Assembly: GCA_051382335.1 (NCBI GenBank)
Contig: JBBCAX010000137.1
Span: forward strand, 1-29,250
DNA from: Deltaproteobacteria bacterium TL4
GTDB lineage: Bacteria > SAR324 > NAC60-12
Direction of reading: 5' to 3'
DNA length: 29,250 nt
The position numbers and the translations under genes are program-made. The notes below the pieces were generated by a model that was not told where the DNA came from, searched no databases, and saw only the letters and a list, made by a program, of their open reading frames with translations. Within the stretch, counting starts at the first letter, position 1. Each line of letters opens with the position of its first letter. Below, piece after piece: positions 18,049 through 28,248 of the stretch.

Positions 18049-20820
18049 TCAACTTAAAATAAAATCAATATCATCTTCATTCAAAGACTTGATGGATGAG
18101 GAATCACTGGAAATGATATTTTCAAAGAGTTCTCGTTTTTTTTCCTGAAGCAACACTATTTTTTCTTCAATGGTCCCCCGAGTGATGAGTTTATAACTAA
18201 ATACGGTTTTATCCTGACCGATGCGATGCGTTCTGTCGATTGCCTGGTTTTCTGCCGCTAAATTCCACCAGGGATCATAAATAAAAATGGTATCGGCTTT
18301 GGTCAGGTTCAAGCCCAGTCCCCCTGTTTTCAAGGTCATTAAAAAAACTTGGCATTTGGGATCCGTTTGGAAACGTTCTACCAATGAACCTCTATCCCGT
18401 GTTGCTCCGGTCATGACCAAATATTCGATGCCCGCGGCGCTCAAATCTTCGCCTACATGTTCAATAATGCTTAAAAAGTTTCCAAACACGAGCACCTTAT
18501 GTTTGTTGGCGGTAGACTCTAATATTTGCTCCAGCAACAATTCACGTTTGGGAGAAAGAATCCGGTTTTCACTTTGCGTTTCGGGGGTAGACGCAATTTG
18601 GCGTAATTCATTCAAAGCTTGAAAAATATAGAACTGCGATTTATTGATGCCATTAATCGCAATTTGTTGTTTTAAGGACTCTTGATAAAAAGCACGACGC
18701 TGTTCATAGAGTTTCTTTTGTTCCGGAGACATTTCTACATACAGGGTTTGTTCTACTTTATCAGGTAAATCCTTAAGCACCTCTTTTTTGAGACGTCTTA
18801 GAATAAAAGGATAAATCTTTTTTCTCAATTCATGAATCACGTCCTTGTCGTTATGCTGTTGAATGGGGCTTAAATAATAGCGATTGAACTCCTCATACGA
18901 ACCAAACATCGCCGGACTTAAAAACCGAAAAAGCGCATAAAGTTCACTCAGGTTATTCTCAATGGGAGTTCCGCTGAGTGCCAGACGATGTTTCGCCTCC
19001 ATAAGCATCACAGCTTTAGAAACTTGAGAATGTACATTTTTGATATTTTGCGATTCGTCCAGAATTAAATAATAAAAGGATTCTTCCTTAAATTGTTCGA
19101 TAGCGTTTCTCAGCATACCGTAAGTGGTTAGAATCAAATGATGTTTTTTTGCGGCTTCCAGGTCCCGATCATTACCATAATAGACATAGTAGGAAAGTTC
19201 CGGATTGAAGCGTGTCAATTCCTTCTGCCAATTGAAAATTAAACTTTTGGGCATCACCAGCAAGGAGGCTTTTTGTTCCTTGGGATAAATTGAGGAAAGC
19301 AAGGTAATCGCTTGCAGCGTTTTTCCTAACCCCATGTCATCCGCCAAACAACCGCCCAACTCATGGGAATGAAGGTAGCGTAACCATTTATAACCCTGTT
19401 TTTGGTAAGGACGCAACGTTGCGTTAACGGTTGGAAGTTGGACCTGTTGGTGCTGAAGTTCATTAAAGCCCTGGAAGATTTCACGGGATTTCGCAAAAGT
19501 GGCTTGAGCCGTTTTTTCATCAATGAGTTCTTCAATTGCCGGTAAATCAAAAAAGGAAACTTTAACCTGATTTTTTTGTTTTTTGAAAAGCCGTTCGAGT
19601 TTTTCAATATAATCCTGGTTGATTAAAGCATGAGATCCGTCACTCAAAGGAATATAATTTTTTTTACGATAGAGCGTCAAGGCGTCAAATAAGGAAAAGG
19701 TCTCGCCTTCAATTTCCAAGCTGGCATCGCCTTCAAGAAAATTAATACCATGTCCCAAAGAAACGTTCAGTTTCGGAGTTGCTGTTTGGACTTTATAGGA
19801 TTTTAATTTTTCTGCGCCAAACAGCGCGTATTTGGTAATCAAACGGGGAAGTTCTTTGTGAATGAAGTCTTGTGCCAACTTTTGCTGAATGATAAAAAGA
19901 TTTTCTTCAATAAAGTAATCACCTTCGTCCTCCTCTTTCAACAACCGTTTATACTTAGTCAGCAAGCCTTGAATTTCCTTAAAACACACATAACTACTCT
20001 CTTGAACAACAGAGCAAACCTGGATCGTATGTTCCATTTCATTCAGCATGGCCAGGCGGTTCACTTCGTATTGTTCAAAAAAATCAGCATCCAACCCTTC
20101 CAAAGAGCTACTGATCCTCAAATACAAGCATCGTTCATGGTCCACTTGTTCAAAGATGAGAGCGGATTGGGTCACTTTTTGAGGCCCTTCAATCACCTCA
20201 TAATCCTCGTATCGGACCTGTATGTTTTCAAAATGAGAGTAACAAATGGAAAGATAATTCTCCAAATCCTCTTTTGGCAAAGTGGTTTCAAATGAAGACA
20301 GTTCCGCAAAGTTTTCATTCAAAGGCGCAATTTGATAAATCGTATCATCACAGAGTACATGATTTTCAGTGATGATGAAAAGGTTGGATAACGCTCCTTG
20401 AGGAGAAGACAGCACAATTTGACATTTCAAAGTATTCTTTTCAACTTCTTCAATGGAAAGGGTCAAATGGGCCCCTTCATCACAAAATTTAATCGGCTTA
20501 AACTCCGCATTAACAAAACTGGGACAGTGTCTCAAATGCCAAAGCAGAAAATCATTTGCCGCCAAATAAGTCCGATCGTTAGAACTTTCCCAGTCTATCC
20601 GAAAATGATTCCGTTCCTGTATATTTTCAATAGCTCTAAGAATGTCTCTTGCCGCACCATGATAATATCGATAATTGGCTTCCACCTCCTGCCCTTTTTG
20701 ATCGACAATACTCAGGTAGGCACCGATCTCATCAACGTGAATTTGAAAAAAAATTTCAGGTGATTTTTTTTCCTGATGCAGAACAAATGATTTTCTACGA
20801 AATTTATTAAACGCATCCAT
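18049..20820 (-). CDS. SNF2/SWI2-family helicase-like ATPase
   Basis: LRPYQ, LADDMGLGKT (I), PKSLIFNW (Ia), LDESQNIKN (II), SGTPIEN (III), LRRLK, LKTGGLGLNL (V), DPWWN..QAIDRTHRIGQ (VI). Confidence 0.96.
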   Translation of the reverse strand: MDAFNKFRRKSFVLHQEKKSPEIFFQIHVDEIGAYLSIVDQKGQEVEANYRYYHGAARDILRAIENIQERNHFRIDWESSNDRTYLAANDFLLWHLRHCPSFVNAEFKPIKFCDEGAHLTLSIEEVEKNTLKCQIVLSSPQGALSNLFIITENHVLCDDTIYQIAPLNENFAELSSFETTLPKEDLENYLSICYSHFENIQVRYEDYEVIEGPQKVTQSALIFEQVDHERCLYLRISSSLEGLDADFFEQYEVNRLAMLNEMEHTIQVCSVVQESSYVCFKEIQGLLTKYKRLLKEEDEGDYFIEENLFIIQQKLAQDFIHKELPRLITKYALFGAEKLKSYKVQTATPKLNVSLGHGINFLEGDASLEIEGETFSLFDALTLYRKKNYIPLSDGSHALINQDYIEKLERLFKKQKNQVKVSFFDLPAIEELIDEKTAQATFAKSREIFQGFNELQHQQVQLPTVNATLRPYQKQGYKWLRYLHSHELGGCLADDMGLGKTLQAITLLSSIYPKEQKASLLVMPKSLIFNWQKELTRFNPELSYYVYYGNDRDLEAAKKHHLILTTYGMLRNAIEQFKEESFYYLILDESQNIKNVHSQVSKAVMLMEAKHRLALSGTPIENNLSELYALFRFLSPAMFGSYEEFNRYYLSPIQQHNDKDVIHELRKKIYPFILRRLKKEVLKDLPDKVEQTLYVEMSPEQKKLYEQRRAFYQESLKQQIAINGINKSQFYIFQALNELRQIASTPETQSENRILSPKRELLLEQILESTANKHKVLVFGNFLSIIEHVGEDLSAAGIEYLVMTGATRDRGSLVERFQTDPKCQVFLMTLKTGGLGLNLTKADTIFIYDPWWNLAAENQAIDRTHRIGQDKTVFSYKLITRGTIEEKIVLLQEKKRELFENIISSDSSSIKSLNEDDIDFILS

Positions 20821-21068
20821 AATATCTTAAACTCACAAATAAAAATATTGCTTTAAATAAGCTGGAGTTGTGAGTTATATAGCACCTTGACGAATATTCA
20901 AAGCTGAAAAAAGACGGTTATCCACATAAAACGGAACCACATTGATTTTATTAGGAAAGTCTCCCAATACCTCACAACAAGATGGCGGGGATTGGAAGAC
21001 CTTTATTTGAGGTTTTTGAGGTGCATCTAAGTGGGGTGGAATAAGCTTGTTTGTCCAACAAACTTTGA

Positions 21069-22079
21069 TCATCGGTTATAATGGGCAACCACCGTAAATT
21101 CAAAAAGATTTTTCATTACGTAAAGAGAGAACGTACAGACAAGAAACGCAATTATCGGGGTCGAGATCCATCCAGCAACAATACGTCCCAGAAGTTTTAC
21201 ATTGAGGGTATTGGCACCGTGAATAAGTCCTAAACCGACGACAGAACCTATAATGGCTTGAGATGAAGAAACAGGAACTCCAATACTGGCAAAATAATTC
21301 AGAACCATGGCCATGGACGCAACGGAGATAAAGGCATTCAAGGAATCCAGCGGGAACACTCCATTTCCAACAGTCAGCATCACCCCACGGGAGTACGTTA
21401 TCACACCAATGGCAATCGCTGTTGAGCCAAACAGACTCAGTTGTCTGGTCTCACTGAAAGGTATGCCTAAAATTTCAATATCGTGAAAAATGCCTGTGCC
21501 ATAAAATACCCCGACAATATTTCCCATGGCATTGGCTCCCATCGTGAAAGCACCATAGGATCCAACAATGAGGAGTCCATACCTCAAACATGAATCCATT
21601 ATCAGCAAGCGGACCTTGATACGGTGCAAAACGAAGGCCAGAACGTAATAGAGAACAACCGATCCAATGCCACAAAGGAGAGGCGATGTAACCCAGGAAA
21701 GCACGATCGGAAGTAGTTTATCCCAAGCGACGCCATTACCGGAAAAAACACTCCATGCCATCGCAGCGCCGACAATCGCCTGCGTGGTTGACACCGGGAG
21801 TTTGTATTGAGTTAACCACGCCACTGTTATTGCGGCTGCCAGCGATGCGGTAAAGGCACCAGAAAGTGCGTCGATGCTGCCTAATTTACCAATTCGTGTT
21901 ACACCATGATATCCAAGAATCACTCCTCCCAAGATGATAAAGATAGAGGAAAGAATAGCGGCTGTGCTAAACTTTACCATGCGAGAGGATACCGCTGTTC
22001 CAAAAATATTAGAAGCATCGTTTGCTCCGCAGGACCATCCCAAAAAACCACCACTTGCCAACCAAGCAAAAACGGGCAT
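21069..22079 (-). CDS. Inorganic phosphate/anion transporter, PiT family
   Basis: GANDASNIFGT, PVSTTQAIVG, second repeat GANAMGN and PVSSSQAIIG, WISTP; multiple TM helices; GAGGAGG SD. Confidence 0.92.
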   Translation of the reverse strand: MPVFAWLASGGFLGWSCGANDASNIFGTAVSSRMVKFSTAAILSSIFIILGGVILGYHGVTRIGKLGSIDALSGAFTASLAAAITVAWLTQYKLPVSTTQAIVGAAMAWSVFSGNGVAWDKLLPIVLSWVTSPLLCGIGSVVLYYVLAFVLHRIKVRLLIMDSCLRYGLLIVGSYGAFTMGANAMGNIVGVFYGTGIFHDIEILGIPFSETRQLSLFGSTAIAIGVITYSRGVMLTVGNGVFPLDSLNAFISVASMAMVLNYFASIGVPVSSSQAIIGSVVGLGLIHGANTLNVKLLGRIVAGWISTPIIAFLVCTFSLYVMKNLFEFTVVAHYNR

Positions 22080-22713
22080 AAAACCTCCTCAAAATTTAGA
22101 TTAGTAGTTACTTAACTCAAGAGTCGCAAGTTTTCAGCCATCGGCTACTCACCTCATGCGGTACAAAAAAGCAACGCGGACCAAGGAGCTTGCGACGTGT
22201 CCGACACTCTCATCAAGGCGTTTGGTGGACATTTAGCTTTACCTCAAAAATATCAAATAAAAGTGGTTTTATCCTTTGAACTATTGGGGTGCCCAGCGTT
22301 AGTCTGAGGACGGATTCCTTTTTTTAGCGGACCTATCTTTTCTCCCATTGAGCCTATTATTTTCCAGTCTTGGATTGCGGTGACAAATATTTTTTTCATG
22401 GTTCTTCCTTCGGTTTCGATTACTTAATTTACAGCGACAGGGCGAATGGATTTCGTTTCCTGTGAACCTTCTGTTCAACGACGAAATGAGATCAATACGC
22501 TTAAGGATTAACATGATTTTCCGGTTGAAGAAACCGTAGCGAACGTCAAGAATTGTCATTTTGCGGGAGGCCTGTTTGTAAGAAATTTAAAACAGGAACA
22601 GGTATTCAGTTTTCGTGGAAATGATGAGAGATCAAGGAAGCAGAGACACAAAGGGTGGTGAACCGTAAAAATTTGTAAAAGAAAATAGGGCTTTGTCAGT
22701 TCACGTCAAATTG

Positions 22714-24942
22714 TTATTGACGGACGAAATACGACATCTGCTGCAATTTTTCCAGAGATTCTTCAATTTCATTTTTTTTGTTGCTATCCGACGGACAATT
22801 TTCGAGAACATATAGGACCGTTGCAACAACATCTTTCCATCGTGGTTTTTGGGGAAGTGTTTGTAGGTTAAGGTATTTATCCAATGTTCGTGTTTGGAAA
22901 CTGCCACGGTCCAAATAAGAGTTCCATAATCCACTTTCTTCAGCGAGTTCAATTTTTGTTTTTGAGGTTGTTATTTCCCAATATTTTAAAGAAAGGTTCA
23001 TTAAACGAACTATTTCCTTTCTAAACTCAACATTTTCCTCTTCATTGAGTAAAAACAGGTTGGTCTCTTCCAAAAAATTATCGGTATCCTTTAATTCTTG
23101 TGATAAAACCTTGCTTTCATCATGGATCAATTGAAGTATACTTTGAATACCGCCTTCCAACGCTCTCATTTTTTTCCTCTCGCGTCGCAGACGAGTCAGA
23201 AGTTCCGGTTTAGAACTTGTACTAGCCACTGTCTTTTGTTGAGAAAGATAAGGACTTTCAAAAATTAAGACAGAAATACTGTCATCTCCTGATTTCAGTT
23301 TTAAGAGGGAGGCTTCCACACTGATTTCTAAATTATTTTTAGGCTTTATCTTAATTTTTACCGTTTGTTTTACGTATTGGGAATCCTCCAACTTGTGCTG
23401 GGGCGCAAGCAATTGAAGGAACTCATTTTTTGAGGATTCTGACGATAATAAAAAATGCAAGGATTTGCCAATAATTTCATGAGTATTGTATCCAAAAAGT
23501 TCTTCCGCTTTTTGATTGAAAAAGTTAATTTGCAGGGCTTCATCAACGGCGACAATGCAGTCATCGGTAATATCCAAAATTCTGGCGAGACGTTGTTGGG
23601 ATAAATGCAATTCTTTTTCAACGAAAGTTCTTTGTTCAATTTCATGTTCAAGTTCTTTATTGGTTGCCTCCAATTCCTTTGTCCTTTCCTTTACCTGCTC
23701 ATCGAGGGAATTGGCTAATTGTTTGAGCTGATTTCTGGACTCTGATAAATTATGAACCATGCCTTTCATCGCCAAAGCCAAATCTGTGATTTCATCGTTG
23801 CCTCTGATGGGAATATCAACATGTTCGTTACTACCAATATGCTGAGAAACATGGGTCAGTTCCCGAATATAACGGGTTAAAACCAGGGCGGTGTTAGCGA
23901 TCATCAAACACAGGATGACGACCATCCCGATCATAGTCACAACCAAATTTTCACGAAAGACCTTTGATTCTTTTTCTAAAAGAGCGTGTGTCGCGACTGC
24001 TCCAAAAACAAAAAACCGTTCAGGATGAAACGTGTCAATGTTTAGCAAATTATAAACGAGCACAACTTGTTTTTCAGGGTAGTCCAGATAGGAATAAGCA
24101 TTTTCATTTTTCAAAGTCCATTCCATTTTAAGTTCAGGGAAATCCTCCTGTACCCGATATTTTTTCCCAAATTCGAAGGCGAGTCTTTTCTCTCTGTCGG
24201 GGTGAAACAAATAATCCCCATCCTTATTTGCCAGAAAATAATAAACTTGAGGCGGGAAATGATTGAGCGACTGAACGAAAATATCGAAATCCACACTGAT
24301 CGTAATGATGCCCAGGACTTCTCCGTTTGATTTTAAAATGGGGGTACCTGCTCTTAATACAGGTTTGTAAGGATGAGTGATTTCATCATATTCCCGGTTG
24401 AGATTAATCGTTGAAAATGATATTTGTCCGACACTCAGTTCCAGGGTTTCCGTAAAATAGTCTCGTTGCCCCTTCTCTTGTAATTTTTGGTAAGGTGTCG
24501 TGAGGACTTGATTTCCAATTTTTTCCACCCGAATCAGTTCCCTCCCGTTTTGTTCTACGCCTATCACCCGAATTTTAAAATAGGAGGGGCGATTTTGCAG
24601 CACAGTTTTGAACTGATCTGAAACTTGTTCATACCAGGAAGACGTGGCTATATTTTTAACGTTTTTTTCTGTCATCGCCTCAATGGATTTTATCATATCT
24701 CGGATTGGGCGTGATTGGGAAATAAACAGAACATCCTCTTGAATGGTAAGAAAGGATACATTTAAAATCGCGGTTTCTCGTTTTAAATCGTCGACAAGAT
24801 GAACAAACGATTGTTTCTTGAGCATAGAATCCGCATTTTGATAGGAGTTCCACGCAATTCCCGTGACGCCGATGCCAGAGATAATAAAAGTCACTAAAGC
24901 AATCTTTACCGGTAGATTAAGTCTTGGTTTGAGTTTAGGCAT
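22714..24942 (-). CDS. Membrane sensor/regulator: TM-Cache-TM-HAMP-coiled coil-PAS plus a probable ChiS-family DNA-binding domain; no kinase domain
   Basis: TM1 near the N-terminus; Cache-like LQEKGQRDYF...INLNRE...PVLRAGTPI...GDYLFHP; TM2; HAMP NDEITDLA; helix VKERTKEL; PAS FNQKAEELFGY..EIIGK; C-terminal YWE..T.KTKIELAEESGLW..Y.D.G..TRTLDKYL...LP.KPRW. No H-box, HATPase, GGDEF or REC motif seen. Confidence 0.82.
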   Translation of the reverse strand: MPKLKPRLNLPVKIALVTFIISGIGVTGIAWNSYQNADSMLKKQSFVHLVDDLKRETAILNVSFLTIQEDVLFISQSRPIRDMIKSIEAMTEKNVKNIATSSWYEQVSDQFKTVLQNRPSYFKIRVIGVEQNGRELIRVEKIGNQVLTTPYQKLQEKGQRDYFTETLELSVGQISFSTINLNREYDEITHPYKPVLRAGTPILKSNGEVLGIITISVDFDIFVQSLNHFPPQVYYFLANKDGDYLFHPDREKRLAFEFGKKYRVQEDFPELKMEWTLKNENAYSYLDYPEKQVVLVYNLLNIDTFHPERFFVFGAVATHALLEKESKVFRENLVVTMIGMVVILCLMIANTALVLTRYIRELTHVSQHIGSNEHVDIPIRGNDEITDLALAMKGMVHNLSESRNQLKQLANSLDEQVKERTKELEATNKELEHEIEQRTFVEKELHLSQQRLARILDITDDCIVAVDEALQINFFNQKAEELFGYNTHEIIGKSLHFLLSSESSKNEFLQLLAPQHKLEDSQYVKQTVKIKIKPKNNLEISVEASLLKLKSGDDSISVLIFESPYLSQQKTVASTSSKPELLTRLRRERKKMRALEGGIQSILQLIHDESKVLSQELKDTDNFLEETNLFLLNEEENVEFRKEIVRLMNLSLKYWEITTSKTKIELAEESGLWNSYLDRGSFQTRTLDKYLNLQTLPQKPRWKDVVATVLYVLENCPSDSNKKNEIEESLEKLQQMSYFVRQ

Positions 24943-25143
24943 TGTTTTACAAATTTATTTTGATTCTTTGGGCACTTTTCAAAAGCAGTGTCCCTTTTTT
25001 GTCCTCTGAAATTTAAATAGTCTCCATTTAGAGTGTTTGCTTACCTTTTTTATTGTCAGTTTTGAGAAGAAAAAACAAGATAGGAAGTGAGGAGGGGCAT
25101 TTAATTGAGTTTTAGCACAGGCAGGAAGAAATTGTGAGAAAGG

Positions 25144-25167
25144 CCCCTGTTTCTGTGGAAACAGGGG
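25144..25167 (-). terminator. Intrinsic terminator downstream of groEL
   Basis: Perfect 10-bp stem CCCCTGTTTC / GAAACAGGGG with a 4-nt loop, 20 bp after the groEL stop; only a weak U-tract (CCTTTCTC on -). Confidence 0.75.
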
Positions 25168-25187
25168 TTAATTCAAGGAAATGGAGA

Positions 25188-26798
<1,611 letters not shown>

Positions 26799-26830
26799 TT
26801 ATGTTCTCCTTTAACTAAAGTTGTGCGTCT

Positions 26831-27115
26831 TTATTCAATTACACCTAACAGGTCATCTTCTTTCATGATCAACAGTTCTTCACCTTTGATTTTGATTTCT
26901 GTGCCTGCATATTTCCCAAATAACACTTTATTCCCAGTTCGAACATCGAGTTCCAACCGTATGCCACTCTCTAATCGCTTCCCTGGACCAACGGCTAAAA
27001 TGATCCCTTCTTGGGGCTTTTCTTTTGCGGAATCCGGAATGATAATTCCAGAGGCGGTCTTCTCTTCGGCTTCTAATCGTCTAACAACTATCCGATCCTG
27101 TAATGGACGAATCAT
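26831..27115 (-). CDS. groS: Co-chaperonin GroES (Cpn10)
   Basis: [10 protein letters not shown], mobile loop [28 protein letters not shown]. Confidence 0.98.
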   Translation of the reverse strand: MIRPLQDRIVVRRLEAEEKTASGIIIPDSAKEKPQEGIILAVGPGKRLESGIRLELDVRTGNKVLFGKYAGTEIKIKGEELLIMKEDDLLGVIE

Positions 27116-27213
27116 ATTTTTCTCATTATAAAATGGGTTCTTAAATCAAAGCCCATGAACGACTTCATGAGACTGTACGTGTTCACCCGTAGCTTAAACC
27201 TACGATTCCTAAA

Positions 27214-27240
27214 TTAGCACTCATAATATACGAGTGCTAG
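27214..27240 (-). promoter_or_regulatory. CIRCE element (HrcA operator) upstream of groESL
   Basis: TTAGCACTC-ATAATATAC-GAGTGCTAG versus consensus TTAGCACTC-N9-GAGTGCTAA (1 mismatch), about 100 bp upstream of groES. Confidence 0.95.
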
Positions 27241-27250
27241 TATAAGTCAA
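27223..27250 (-). promoter_or_regulatory. Putative sigma-70 promoter for groESL overlapping the CIRCE
   Basis: On the - strand TTGACT (27250-27245), 16 nt, TATTAT (27228-27223); the -10 lies inside the CIRCE spacer. Confidence 0.65.
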
Positions 27251-27389
27251 ACCAAAAATGAGAACGGACACAGAACCCCGGAGGGACGAGACTTCTCTGT
27301 TTTTAAATCCTACAAAATAATTGATTTCATAAAAGGAAAGATGTATTAGGAAAGCAGGAAGTTCGACGAACTTGTAATGATCACCGTTA

Positions 27390-28109
27390 TTGAGAAGAGT
27401 CTTGCAATTTAAAAGTATACTGAAAAACAAAAACAGAAAACCAGTTTCCCCTCAGAACCTCGGGATTACACGAGACAAAATACTGTCTGCCGCATTGAAA
27501 ATTGTAGATGACATCGGTTTGGAAAAATTCACAATACGTAAACTGGCATTAGAACTCAGCAGCAAACCCATGTCCGTTTATCGGTATTTCAAAAATGCGG
27601 ATGATATCAAAGATTGTTTGTTAGGATTTGTTATTCGAGAATATGAGGTGTCCTCTCAAAATGAAGAAAACTGGAAAACATGGATTCATAAAACATTTTA
27701 CGCCATGTATGAAGCGTTATTGGCTCATCCCGGTATTTTGCCGATTTTGGGAACAGAGGCGAGTACAGGCACTCAGGCCCTTGAAGTTATTGAGAAAGTA
27801 CTGAAAGTCCTTCTCAAGGCAGGAATTTCAGAAACTTCTGCCGCACGAGGCTTTTACAGTTTACTGAGTTATACAGTTGGTTGTGTTACTCTGGAACTAG
27901 GGATGCGAAGTCACCAACCCTCAGGTGCGGAAACCAAACCGGAACTATTACTGCTACAATCACGCACCCATTTTGAATCTCGCTCACAAATCAGATTTCC
28001 CTACATCGTCGAACTCGCTCCGCATTTGGCGGAGGCCTTTGCAATACCCCAAATGAAGTTCGGAATCAGTCAGATTTTAGAAACCTTGGAGAAGGAAATT
28101 CCGAAATGA
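27390..28109 (+). CDS. TetR/AcrR family transcriptional regulator (TetR class C-terminal domain)
   Basis: ITRDKILSAALKIVDDIGLEKFTIRKLALELSSKPMSVYRYFKN HTH; W......LLAHPG and LLSYTVG C-terminal pattern. Start uncertain (TTG 27390 or TTG 27402). Confidence 0.92.
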   Translation: MRRVLQFKSILKNKNRKPVSPQNLGITRDKILSAALKIVDDIGLEKFTIRKLALELSSKPMSVYRYFKNADDIKDCLLGFVIREYEVSSQNEENWKTWIHKTFYAMYEALLAHPGILPILGTEASTGTQALEVIEKVLKVLLKAGISETSAARGFYSLLSYTVGCVTLELGMRSHQPSGAETKPELLLLQSRTHFESRSQIRFPYIVELAPHLAEAFAIPQMKFGISQILETLEKEIPK

Positions 28110-28248
28110 GCTTTGAACCTTAATATTTGTACTGTTTCTGTTGCACATCTGGGGTTGCGTGTGTTAAAAACAATGAAAACACTTCGGTCCCTGAAAGGAT
28201 CTTGTGAATTTACCCAAGGTTATCCAAACAAATGAAAGAGGAGGAAAA

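Noticed and set aside
20918..20926. Replication origin
   Set aside because: Only one consensus DnaA box, no box cluster or unwinding repeats, and no dnaA/gidA context.
22299..22559. 86-aa basic ORF upstream of pit as a possible DUF47/PhoU partner
   Set aside because: R/N/K-rich, not a helical-bundle composition, too short and no SD.
22714..23300. Truncated histidine kinase or pseudogene reading of the 742-aa sensor
   Set aside because: The ORF is continuous, ends in a coherent conserved-looking domain, and the overlapping alternative-frame ORFs show no HATPase motifs.
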